Position numbers and translations under genes: made by a program. Below are positions 27,596 to 36,096 of a stretch of DNA of 64,000 nt, piece by piece; the stretch's first letter is position 1; each line of letters starts with the position of its first letter. The notes under the pieces were generated by a model. It was given only the letters and a program-made list of their open reading frames with translations, ran no database searches and was not told the DNA's origin. Source of the stretch: a virus; IMG/VR virus record IMGVR_UViG_3300027976_000007, positions 32,001-96,000 of that record. One strand, 5' to 3'.

Positions 27596-28012
27596 TCATA
27601 TCGTAATGATCCAGTTGTTTTTGAACTTATATAAACGAGCTTCTAAATCATTTAATTCGTTACCATATCTATTAGCTATTTCTCCTCCTTCGGGTTCAGC
27701 TTCCTGCTCCATATCAATGAACAGCTGTTCAATTTCATCTTCTAATTCTCTTTTTTCTCCTCTTAAATCTAAAACCCCATCATAATCTATTTCAGTTAAC
27801 GCAGAACCTCCTACATTATCAGGTTGTTTAATATTATTCTTGTCTTCTAAAAATTTAGTAAGCTCTTTATGTATCCTTTGAGCATCATTAGATGTAATTA
27901 CTTTATTTGATTCTAAAAAATCCAAGATTTGATTACTTAAAATAGTTGCACTTTTGTCTTCTTTTAATAGCCTTCCTTCCACTAAGTATTTTTTTAAATC
28001 GAAATTGTCCAT
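27596..28012 (-). CDS. leader-bearing protein with MEQEAEPEGG module, putative internal head protein
   Basis: MDNFDLKKYLVEGRLLKE; module shared with 61655..63352. Confidence 0.7.
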   Translation of the reverse strand: MDNFDLKKYLVEGRLLKEDKSATILSNQILDFLESNKVITSNDAQRIHKELTKFLEDKNNIKQPDNVGGSALTEIDYDGVLDLRGEKRELEDEIEQLFIDMEQEAEPEGGEIANRYGNELNDLEARLYKFKNNWIITI

Positions 28013-28099
28013 TTTATTTTATTTTATTATACATATGTAATTTTTGAGTTAGGTATAAAGTGTAAACCCAACAAGGTTTTCCTAAATAAGTATATTCTA

Positions 28100-30325
28100 T
28101 CATATTACTTCACATGAGGATCCTTGACATGCAATACTTCCCATAGTATCAATATCAGCATATGAAGGTTTAGTTAATACTGAAGTGTAATCTATTAAAG
28201 ATATGTTTTGGGTTATTTGATTCCATTTATGCCATAGATGAACATCCTTCATACAATATATAGTTTTTTCTAAATCTTTTTTGAAATAATTAGAAGCAAA
28301 TTTCTTTACTCTTCTTATCCAATCTTTTTTAAGAAGGACTTGGGTTCTAGAACCTTCTATCGTCATATTTTTATCTTGGACGTGTTGTGTAGCTTTCCAT
28401 AAATTATCATTAAAATAATGTAAACCATCCACAATTAACCCTGCCATAAAAATCACCCCATCTCCATATTTATTAACTAGCTCTTGAGTAGTAAGTACTG
28501 AAGTAAATGGGGCTTGAGCATAATCTTTATCCCCTGTTTGGGGTAAGAAAGATACGGCAGCGAATTCATTTTGATGTTTAAAGATATAATCTGTCATTTC
28601 ATTCATATCATCAATGATTATAGTATTAGATACATTATGGGAAGTTTCTGGTAAATAACATAGCTCTTTATTTTTTCCTCCTTTAATCCAGGAATTTTGG
28701 ACTAAGCGGATCAGTTCTAGATGTTTTACCCCCATCATTTCACTTTTATATAAGGTACCTTTAGGATTTTCAAAAGGACAATATACAACATAATCGGTGT
28801 TTGTAGCAGACCAAGAGGATTCTTCTAACATTTCGGGATTATGTATTTCTAAATATTTAGCCGTCTCACTGTCCTTATTTAACTGCATTATTCTAAAATA
28901 ATTTTGGGAATGTTCGGGATGGATTCCTGAGGGAGATTTTAAAATCACAGAAGCATTACCCGATGGTTTTACTGTTGTACATCTAGCCGCTTGGTTAATT
29001 CCTAAAAATTCAGCAACTTCCTTATTAGTATCTTTTACTATTTGAGCCCCTTTAATTAATATTTCCTTATTAAAAAGTTCTGGTCGAGCCATCCACCCCG
29101 TTATAGAAACTCCTAATAAAGCCTCTCCAGCTACTATTTCTTCTGTTTCTTTTCCTAAGTAAGGGAATGAAGTATATCCGGCCTGTAAAGTCCCAACAAT
29201 AGAAGCATTTCTGCAAATTTTGTAAAATGTTTCTTCATTAAACTTGTTGTTGGTTTTGTTAGAACATGAGAGGGCATCTATTTCATTTAAATTGCAAAAC
29301 TGGAAAACTGATTCGTTTAGGTTTTTTATTTTGGTATAAAAATTGAATTGGATTTCAAAACATGGATTAAACATATCATCTTCATGAGACATGAAAACAA
29401 AACCTAAATCACTATCTCCTTGATTAATTTCAACTAGATTTAAAAATTCCTCTTTCGAGAACTTACCTCTAAGAAGACCCACAGAATTATTACTTCTAGC
29501 TCTTTGAGGGTTATCTATATACCATGTTCCCGTTTTAGCGTTTATTAGATCAGTATCGTCTTGATCCATTATTATATTCATAGCACTTCTTCTTACTCCA
29601 CCTGACAACACCGCATCTGATAAATGCATAAAGATATCATATATTAGTATAGATTTAAAGGGAATTTGAAGTTTGTCTCCTAAAGCAGAATTTATTAAAT
29701 TTTCTATTTTTTCTAAAGCTTGTTTTAACCCTTCGGGTCCTGGGGCTTTAAACCCTCCAGAAATCAAAGACCCTTTGGGTCTTACTAGAGAGTAATCAAA
29801 TTTTATTTGATACCCAAAATATTCTTCATATAATGATGGATGGGAACAAAAGGAAGATATTAGTACTTTACAAGCTTCAGACCACCCCTCCACTGAGTCT
29901 TCTACTATATGCTGTTTAGCTTCTTTTGAGTCTCTTTTTACTAATGGAGGTAATAAACTTACATATTTATTTTTTAGAGATATTCCCAACCCTGTACCTG
30001 CTAAAAGAACGAAAAATCCTTTATTAAAAATATCTGGAGAGTAGGCATATGTAACACAACAGTTATACATCCTAGCATGGTTTTTTAGTAAATGTTTCCC
30101 TCTAAATTGGAGATTTCTTTGAGAAGCTAGGAATTCTTTTTCTTTATATGATTCCATAACTTCATCAAGATAGGGTTGTATTTTATCCCCATATTTCATG
30201 GTATGGGTGTTTAATACTCCTTCAACCGCTTCATTCCATGTTTCATAACGATTTAGGGATTCATCCCATTTTAAATAATCGGTGTATAGTTTTAGTTGAG
30301 ATAAAAATTCTTTTCCTTTTGACAT
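28100..30325 (-). CDS. nrdJ: ribonucleotide reductase, probably class II (B12-dependent, monomeric RTPR-like)
   Basis: YNC, GGVRRSA, NPCFEI, FCNLNE, TTVKPSG, C-terminal CQGSSCEV; no nrdB in window. Confidence 0.85.
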   Translation of the reverse strand: MSKGKEFLSQLKLYTDYLKWDESLNRYETWNEAVEGVLNTHTMKYGDKIQPYLDEVMESYKEKEFLASQRNLQFRGKHLLKNHARMYNCCVTYAYSPDIFNKGFFVLLAGTGLGISLKNKYVSLLPPLVKRDSKEAKQHIVEDSVEGWSEACKVLISSFCSHPSLYEEYFGYQIKFDYSLVRPKGSLISGGFKAPGPEGLKQALEKIENLINSALGDKLQIPFKSILIYDIFMHLSDAVLSGGVRRSAMNIIMDQDDTDLINAKTGTWYIDNPQRARSNNSVGLLRGKFSKEEFLNLVEINQGDSDLGFVFMSHEDDMFNPCFEIQFNFYTKIKNLNESVFQFCNLNEIDALSCSNKTNNKFNEETFYKICRNASIVGTLQAGYTSFPYLGKETEEIVAGEALLGVSITGWMARPELFNKEILIKGAQIVKDTNKEVAEFLGINQAARCTTVKPSGNASVILKSPSGIHPEHSQNYFRIMQLNKDSETAKYLEIHNPEMLEESSWSATNTDYVVYCPFENPKGTLYKSEMMGVKHLELIRLVQNSWIKGGKNKELCYLPETSHNVSNTIIIDDMNEMTDYIFKHQNEFAAVSFLPQTGDKDYAQAPFTSVLTTQELVNKYGDGVIFMAGLIVDGLHYFNDNLWKATQHVQDKNMTIEGSRTQVLLKKDWIRRVKKFASNYFKKDLEKTIYCMKDVHLWHKWNQITQNISLIDYTSVLTKPSYADIDTMGSIACQGSSCEVI

Positions 30326-30372
30326 ATAATCTTGTATTGTTAATTTTTGGGCGTAATTATAAATATATAATT

Positions 30373-31731
30373 TTATTTATTCATACCTAATTCAAAAAAC
30401 TTTTCACGTAATTTCTTTTTCTCAGATTTTTCTATATCTGTAGTTTGGGTCTTTTGAGCGTATTCTAATTCCTCTTCATCCATTTCATCTTCTTCGATTT
30501 CAAACTTGCCCATTGATGTATCTATATAAGGAGAATAGAAAGTACATCCATCTTTACCATATCTGTTTCCCATAAAGTGCCACCTACCTGTACCATCAAG
30601 TCTATCTTTTCTCCCTCTTGATAGTGATATTATTATATCTCCTATCATTAATTTATCAAAACTGCCTGCAATGTGAGTACTTTCTAAGATAGCTTTATCT
30701 GCTCCTGATCTGTTTGCTTGTGATGGTGATATTATAGGAATGTTTAGTTCTTTAGCTAATCCTTTAGCGTCTGTAAATATGTCATCTATTTCATCTTTTC
30801 TTTCACCTCTAATTTGTCTTCCTTTTAATAAATCTAGATAATCTATTATAATGAAGTCTGGTTTGAAATCTAAACTATTTAAGTGGGCTTCTATAGTACT
30901 TAATGAAGCTCTTTTTGGTGAGTATGATTTGATTACTAATCTTCCAGGTAAGGAATCAGCTATCATTTCTATTTTTTCTCTATGTTGTCCTAAATCGTCT
31001 ACAGGAATTTCTGCTAAACAGGCGTCCATTCTTCTACCTACATATTCTTCACCTAATTCTAGAGAATAATATACTCCGTTATATCCGGCTTTCAAGGCTT
31101 CGGCGGCCATGGCTACTACCGCCCATGATTTTCCTCCTTTAGGATTACCAAATATTAATACTAAATCTCCACCCCCATAACCTCCTTGAGTTATGTTATT
31201 AAAGGAGTCCCAGGGAAAAGGAATTGCCTTTCTAGAGTTTTCTCTAAATCTAGCTTCTACATCTTTCTCATATTCATGTCCTACACTCCTATCAGCTCCC
31301 GCTTTCAGGGCTTTATCTACTATATGCCTTATAGAATCATATTCCCCATTAGATAATAAATCTACACTTTCTATTAAAGCTGATTTCAGTTGTTGGTTCT
31401 TACAAAAAGTAGAAAATTCTTTCTTTACATAATCTAAATCATCTTTACTAGTTTCGTAAGCCAACCTTAATTGTTCTTTAACTGAGATTTTTAATATATC
31501 ATTAGGGATTTTTTGGAGTTCTACTTTTAATATCTCCATTGATATTGTATTATGATAATCCTCATAATATTTCAATATTTTTTCTATTATCCAAGAGTGG
31601 GCGGGATTGTCCCAGTCTTCAGGTCTAACTATATCATATATATTATTTAAAAAATCTTTATGGGTTAACAAAGATGATATAACTTTGATTTGGAATGAGG
31701 GCCCATAAGCTTGTATATTGGAAAGAGTCAT
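30373..31731 (-). CDS. replicative DNA helicase (DnaB/T4 gp41-like)
   Basis: GNPKGGKSW, YSLEL, IIIDYLDLL, SQANR. Confidence 0.92.
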   Translation of the reverse strand: MTLSNIQAYGPSFQIKVISSLLTHKDFLNNIYDIVRPEDWDNPAHSWIIEKILKYYEDYHNTISMEILKVELQKIPNDILKISVKEQLRLAYETSKDDLDYVKKEFSTFCKNQQLKSALIESVDLLSNGEYDSIRHIVDKALKAGADRSVGHEYEKDVEARFRENSRKAIPFPWDSFNNITQGGYGGGDLVLIFGNPKGGKSWAVVAMAAEALKAGYNGVYYSLELGEEYVGRRMDACLAEIPVDDLGQHREKIEMIADSLPGRLVIKSYSPKRASLSTIEAHLNSLDFKPDFIIIDYLDLLKGRQIRGERKDEIDDIFTDAKGLAKELNIPIISPSQANRSGADKAILESTHIAGSFDKLMIGDIIISLSRGRKDRLDGTGRWHFMGNRYGKDGCTFYSPYIDTSMGKFEIEEDEMDEEELEYAQKTQTTDIEKSEKKKLREKFFELGMNK

Positions 31732-32753
31732 TTATTTTTTATTTTTTCAAAGGTTGTTTTAATCCATAAATCTACATTATTAATAATATTACCTAATTGG
31801 TCTTTTTTATAAAACTGTAAAAATTGTTCAGGGTCATAATTTAATTTTTTATTTTTAATAATTTCATTTAAATAATCTTCATCTTGTAAACTTAACATAG
31901 GTTTTGATAAATCCATAACTTTATGACTTTTTTCTAACTCTGTTATTGTTTTTAATATTTTAGGATAAATGATATGATCCTTTATATTAGATTCACATAT
32001 AGAACATATATCCTCTAATGTTGTCTTCTTTGAGGTTAATGTAGGAAAGAGTTTAAATAGTTTTTTAGGACCTAAACCTTTAACTCCTTTTAGTTTATCG
32101 GAGGTATCCCCCATTAATGTTTTATATATAAGAAAATTTTCAGGGTAAACATTAAATTTATCTTTTACAGATTCCTTAGTATAGAATTCTTTCTCTATAG
32201 GTCTATAGACTGTGACATTTGAATTTATAAGTTGGAGGAAATCTTGGTCTGAGGAAACTATGAATATTTTATCCTTTGGTTTTTTAGGGAGGTTGGTACT
32301 TAGGAATGCTATAACATCATCAGCTTCAACTTTATCTATTATTATAGTTTTCACTGGGAGGGTTTTTAAATAATGTGTTATTCTTACTATTTGGTCTATT
32401 TTGGAATCGTTTTCCTCATCTCGATCATCAAATACAAAAGTATTAACTCTCATAGTATCTCTTCCTGATTTATATTCAGATATTAAATTTTTTCTGCTTT
32501 TAGAGGAATCTAAACCATCAAAAACTACATAGACCTCATACGGGTCCATAGTTTTTATCAGAAACCCTAAAGACCTAAAAAAACCCCCAAGACCTCCTAT
32601 ATGAGAACCTTGAGGGTTTACCATATTTAATACTGCAAAATTCCTGAAAAATAAATTCAAACCATCAATAATGAGAACTCTTTTCCCTTCAACAGTCTCT
32701 TTTCCTTCTTCCTTAACGTTATTAAGGAGATTAAATAAATTTTTTTTGTTCAT
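31728..32753 (-). CDS. 5'-3' exonuclease / T4 RNase H-like flap endonuclease
   Basis: IIDGLN, VFDG, YKSGR, EADDVI, SSDQD, GDTSD..GVKGLG.K. Confidence 0.92.
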   Translation of the reverse strand: MNKKNLFNLLNNVKEEGKETVEGKRVLIIDGLNLFFRNFAVLNMVNPQGSHIGGLGGFFRSLGFLIKTMDPYEVYVVFDGLDSSKSRKNLISEYKSGRDTMRVNTFVFDDRDEENDSKIDQIVRITHYLKTLPVKTIIIDKVEADDVIAFLSTNLPKKPKDKIFIVSSDQDFLQLINSNVTVYRPIEKEFYTKESVKDKFNVYPENFLIYKTLMGDTSDKLKGVKGLGPKKLFKLFPTLTSKKTTLEDICSICESNIKDHIIYPKILKTITELEKSHKVMDLSKPMLSLQDEDYLNEIIKNKKLNYDPEQFLQFYKKDQLGNIINNVDLWIKTTFEKIKNK

Positions 32754-32772
32754 AAAATGTTTTGTATATTGA

Positions 32773-32804
32773 TAAATATATAAAACTCTTATAGTAAAGC
32801 CAAT
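32773..32804 (-). promoter_or_regulatory. promoter ATTG-N20-TATATTTA
   Basis: ATTG GCTTTACTATAAGAGTTTTA TATATTTA. Confidence 0.6.
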
Positions 32805-33887
32805 TTATTCAGGTTCAGAAGTAAAAGAATCTATATTATCATCATATTGATCATCCTCTTCCACTATATTAAAATCTCCCCCACCTAAGATAGCGGCCCA
32901 AGTTTCAGAGTTGTCATCTTTATATTTTTTAAGGGATTTTTCATTATCTAAAATAAAACCATGAGGGGTCATTACTATTTTACCTCTAGTAGTAACTCCA
33001 TTTATGTGATTCTTATCAATTTGGATATTTACTCTTTTAGCGAATTCCACCTGTTTCCCGCTTTTGATAGCTTTTATTTTAGAAGTACCAGCATTTGATA
33101 TATTTCCAAAAGTAACTACAAAGGCAGCATCAAACCACATAGCAAAACCTCCTTTATTCATCAGCTTAGGTTTACCCATAGGAGATTCAGCCTTAGCGGT
33201 CCATACTTTGTTTATACAGACTAGGGTGTTTATGTAAGGATAGGATTCCTTTCGAGATAGTACTATTCTTTGGTTAACATTGTTCCCAAATTGAGTAGAC
33301 ATAGCTCCAGCATTCCATTCATTGTTGTTTTTGTTAGATCTTAGAGAAAGTTCACAAGGAACTGATCCTATTGAATCCCAAAGAAATAATAAATCCCAAG
33401 GTAGATTTCCTTTCTTTTGTTCATCTATCAAATCCAATATAAAGATAGCAACATCCTCTATGGAATTTATACTTTCTCTATCTATATAAATAAAATCCCC
33501 AGTATAGTCTACAATTTCTCCAGTATCAGGATCTTTTACTTCATTTACTTCGAGACCCATTTGGATAGCATGTTCCCAATTCCACTTCATCTCCGTAATA
33601 ATAAATACAGGTAGTACTTTTCTTTTCTGGGCAGACACCGCCGCCTCTAAAAGGGCGGTTGTTTTTCCCGTATCCGAATGACCTCTGAGCAAACTAATTT
33701 GCCCTTGAGGGATTCCTGGGGTTGATGTTATTTCTTGATAGGCTTCAGAAAGAGGGATCCAAGTTTGTTCTTTAAATTTGGAATTTGAAGCTAGACCCTT
33801 CTTATTCTTAAAACTATCTAAATTAAATTTATTTTTAATTTCTGAAGAAATAGCTTTTTTTAAATCTTGTGATTGTTTTTTAGCCAT
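32805..33887 (-). CDS. RecA/UvsX-like recombinase
   Basis: GHSDTGKTT, WDSIGS, KGGFA motifs; SSB-RecA-exonuclease-helicase synteny. Confidence 0.88.
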   Translation of the reverse strand: MAKKQSQDLKKAISSEIKNKFNLDSFKNKKGLASNSKFKEQTWIPLSEAYQEITSTPGIPQGQISLLRGHSDTGKTTALLEAAVSAQKRKVLPVFIITEMKWNWEHAIQMGLEVNEVKDPDTGEIVDYTGDFIYIDRESINSIEDVAIFILDLIDEQKKGNLPWDLLFLWDSIGSVPCELSLRSNKNNNEWNAGAMSTQFGNNVNQRIVLSRKESYPYINTLVCINKVWTAKAESPMGKPKLMNKGGFAMWFDAAFVVTFGNISNAGTSKIKAIKSGKQVEFAKRVNIQIDKNHINGVTTRGKIVMTPHGFILDNEKSLKKYKDDNSETWAAILGGGDFNIVEEDDQYDDNIDSFTSEPE

Positions 33888-33897
33888 TTTTTAAAAA

Positions 33898-34704
33898 TTA
33901 AAAGGGTAGATCATCTTCTGGTGTTCCCTCCACATCATTTCCTTTAAATAAAGAATTGAATTTTTCGGAATCAGAGGATTTCTTTTTAAGATTATAATTA
34001 GTTGGGGGGGCTGTTTCTGTCACTAATTCACTATCATCATCTTCATCAGGTTGTAACCATTCTTCTAGAGAAGCTTTCATTTCGTCAAAAGAGTAAGCTT
34101 TAAATACAGACAAAGGATCTGTTTGTTCTTCTAAGAACTTTTCCACTTCTTCTTTTTTAGCTGATAGAGGAGACATTTTTAGGGATGGTGAGATTGTGGT
34201 TTTATTATAAGTGGTACCCGTTATTTCTGGACCTACAGTGTTTAACTTGATATCCCTACCATTTACTATGTCAGTATAGTCTCCTATTTCATCATCAACA
34301 GCCATTGTAAGAAAAGCTTCATAGATTTCTTTTCCAAACTGCCATAATTTAACTCCTTTATCTTCTTCTCCTCTTATGATTACGGGGACAAAAGTTCTTA
34401 CTTTAGCATCCAGTTTTTTAGCTAGTCTCCAATTTTCTTTATCATTACTATTTCTTAAAGATTTAGCGAATTCAAAAATAGGATCTTTATCTCCCCAATT
34501 TAAAGGAGAAGCCATTACTTTTTTACTTCCAATCCCATAGTAAAATTTCATTTCTTTGAAAGGCATTTTAGGGTTGAATTTTGAAGGAACGACTCTTATA
34601 ACCTCTTTCCCTGGAGTAGGTTTCCAAAATAGGTTTTTATCATAACCTCCAGTAGATTGATTGTTCAAAGAATCTAATTTGGTTTTTATTGCTTTTATAT
34701 CCAT
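33898..34704 (-). CDS. ssDNA-binding protein (T4 gp32-like)
   Basis: FWKP, GVKLWQFGK, GRDI, acidic tail ending DDLPF. Confidence 0.82.
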   Translation of the reverse strand: MDIKAIKTKLDSLNNQSTGGYDKNLFWKPTPGKEVIRVVPSKFNPKMPFKEMKFYYGIGSKKVMASPLNWGDKDPIFEFAKSLRNSNDKENWRLAKKLDAKVRTFVPVIIRGEEDKGVKLWQFGKEIYEAFLTMAVDDEIGDYTDIVNGRDIKLNTVGPEITGTTYNKTTISPSLKMSPLSAKKEEVEKFLEEQTDPLSVFKAYSFDEMKASLEEWLQPDEDDDSELVTETAPPTNYNLKKKSSDSEKFNSLFKGNDVEGTPEDDLPF

Positions 34705-34733
34705 AGCGTATTTATGTTTTATTTATTATATGT

Positions 34734-34765
34734 TAAATATACGAAAGTCTTTTATCCCCGCCAAA
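34734..34765 (-). promoter_or_regulatory. promoter TTTG-N20-TATATTTA
   Basis: TTTG GCGGGGATAAAAGACTTTCG TATATTTA. Confidence 0.7.
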
Positions 34766-34781
34766 CTATAATGAATCCTTT

Positions 34782-36047
34782 TTAACGCATTTCATCATAA
34801 TTATACCCTTCCTTTACCTTAAATTTAAGATTATGTTTAATGAAAATATCTTTGATTTTATCGATTACCTCTTTGTCCTCATCAAGGGTATCGAATAAAA
34901 AGCTGTCATACGTATAAAGCACTAATTTTGTGGTTTTATCGTATAATATTTGTGACATATCCCATAACAATATCACATTAAGGTCTGTTTCTGTAGCTTG
35001 TAATATATAGTTTAATAGTTTTTGAGGATTCATATCTTTTAAAATAGAATTTTCAAATCTTTTTTTAGATATAGGACATTCTATAAATCCTTCTTTTTCA
35101 AATTTTTCCCATGTAGAATTAATATATTTATCTACTTCTTGGAAGAATTTTAAATGTTGATATTTTTCAAAGACCCCACCATATAACTGTTGGAAAGTTA
35201 TTTCTTTAGCTTTATCATAACTCACTTCATATAAATCCGCAAAATATTGATGAATATCTTTACCTCTAAAATCATAATTTATTATTTTGGAAAGTATTGT
35301 TGGATGATAAGCACTAATATCTATTTCTATAAATTTTTGGTTTTGAGGGATGAAGCTTTCTCTGCTTTTGTTACTTTTGTTTAAAGCCGCATAGTTTATA
35401 TTATTGAAAGAATTAGATGGTCTGCCCGTTGTAGTTTTTAAATTGTAATTAGTATAAATGTGTTTTTCTTCTGTTGGGTAAAAAATATTTGAAAATTTAA
35501 CAGGATCTATTTTAATTCCATTTTTTTCTATAAAGTTAAAAACTACAGATGATTTATTATTTAAAAATGTATTATGTTGTGACTTTATATAGGGTTTAAG
35601 ATCGTTATAGATTTTTTCACAATACTCATAATGTTTTACTATGGGGATTATTAAATTGAGGTCCTTTTTATTTTCATATTTTCTTTGGAAGAAATTATAA
35701 ACTGTGGGGAGAGTTAATTTATAATTTATATTATGGAAGGTTAAATCCATTATTTTAGGATGAATAATGTAATGTAAAAATTCCTTTTTATCTCTTACAT
35801 ATAAGGTTGAGAATGTTTCTAAAATTGAGATTGGAATCTCTTCTGACAGTAAAAAAGCCTCACTATGGTTAATGGGAAATATAAACCCCTTAGTAGAATT
35901 TAAAGGTCTTATATAAATTAGAGAAATAGAGTTAGTTATAGGATGTTGGAATGAGTTATAAGGAATAATTTCTACAAAACCTTCCTTATACCCTTCAGAC
36001 TTAAAATTTTTTACTTGTTCCTCTGTCTCTACTAACCAATACATCAA
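34782..36047 (-). CDS. compact family A DNA polymerase-like protein
   Basis: TTGRPS, motif A EIDISAYHP, motif B AKEITFQQLYG, motif C YTYDSFLFD; 421 aa. Confidence 0.8.
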   Translation of the reverse strand: MMYWLVETEEQVKNFKSEGYKEGFVEIIPYNSFQHPITNSISLIYIRPLNSTKGFIFPINHSEAFLLSEEIPISILETFSTLYVRDKKEFLHYIIHPKIMDLTFHNINYKLTLPTVYNFFQRKYENKKDLNLIIPIVKHYEYCEKIYNDLKPYIKSQHNTFLNNKSSVVFNFIEKNGIKIDPVKFSNIFYPTEEKHIYTNYNLKTTTGRPSNSFNNINYAALNKSNKSRESFIPQNQKFIEIDISAYHPTILSKIINYDFRGKDIHQYFADLYEVSYDKAKEITFQQLYGGVFEKYQHLKFFQEVDKYINSTWEKFEKEGFIECPISKKRFENSILKDMNPQKLLNYILQATETDLNVILLWDMSQILYDKTTKLVLYTYDSFLFDTLDEDKEVIDKIKDIFIKHNLKFKVKEGYNYDEMR

Positions 36048-36063
36048 TATAGGATTTATACTT

Positions 36064-36095
36064 TAAATATATAATCCTTTAAACTAAAAACCAAA
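36064..36095 (-). promoter_or_regulatory. promoter TTTG-N20-TATATTTA
   Basis: At the boundary between the structural and replication modules. Confidence 0.65.
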
Positions 36096-36096
36096 C

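Larger units (their letters stand above)
26502..28025. repeat. four near-identical ~60-bp repeats (translation start plus 18-codon leader) at about 26502, 26797, 27507 and 27959
   Basis: ttttaatagc..ccttc.actaagta.ttttttaaatcgaaattgt.cattttattt occurs four times. Confidence 0.93.

Noticed and set aside
26502-28025. Four ~60-bp repeats as a CRISPR array
   Set aside because: Repeats are protein-coding starts separated by 230-650 bp of ORF, not short spacers, and there are no cas genes.
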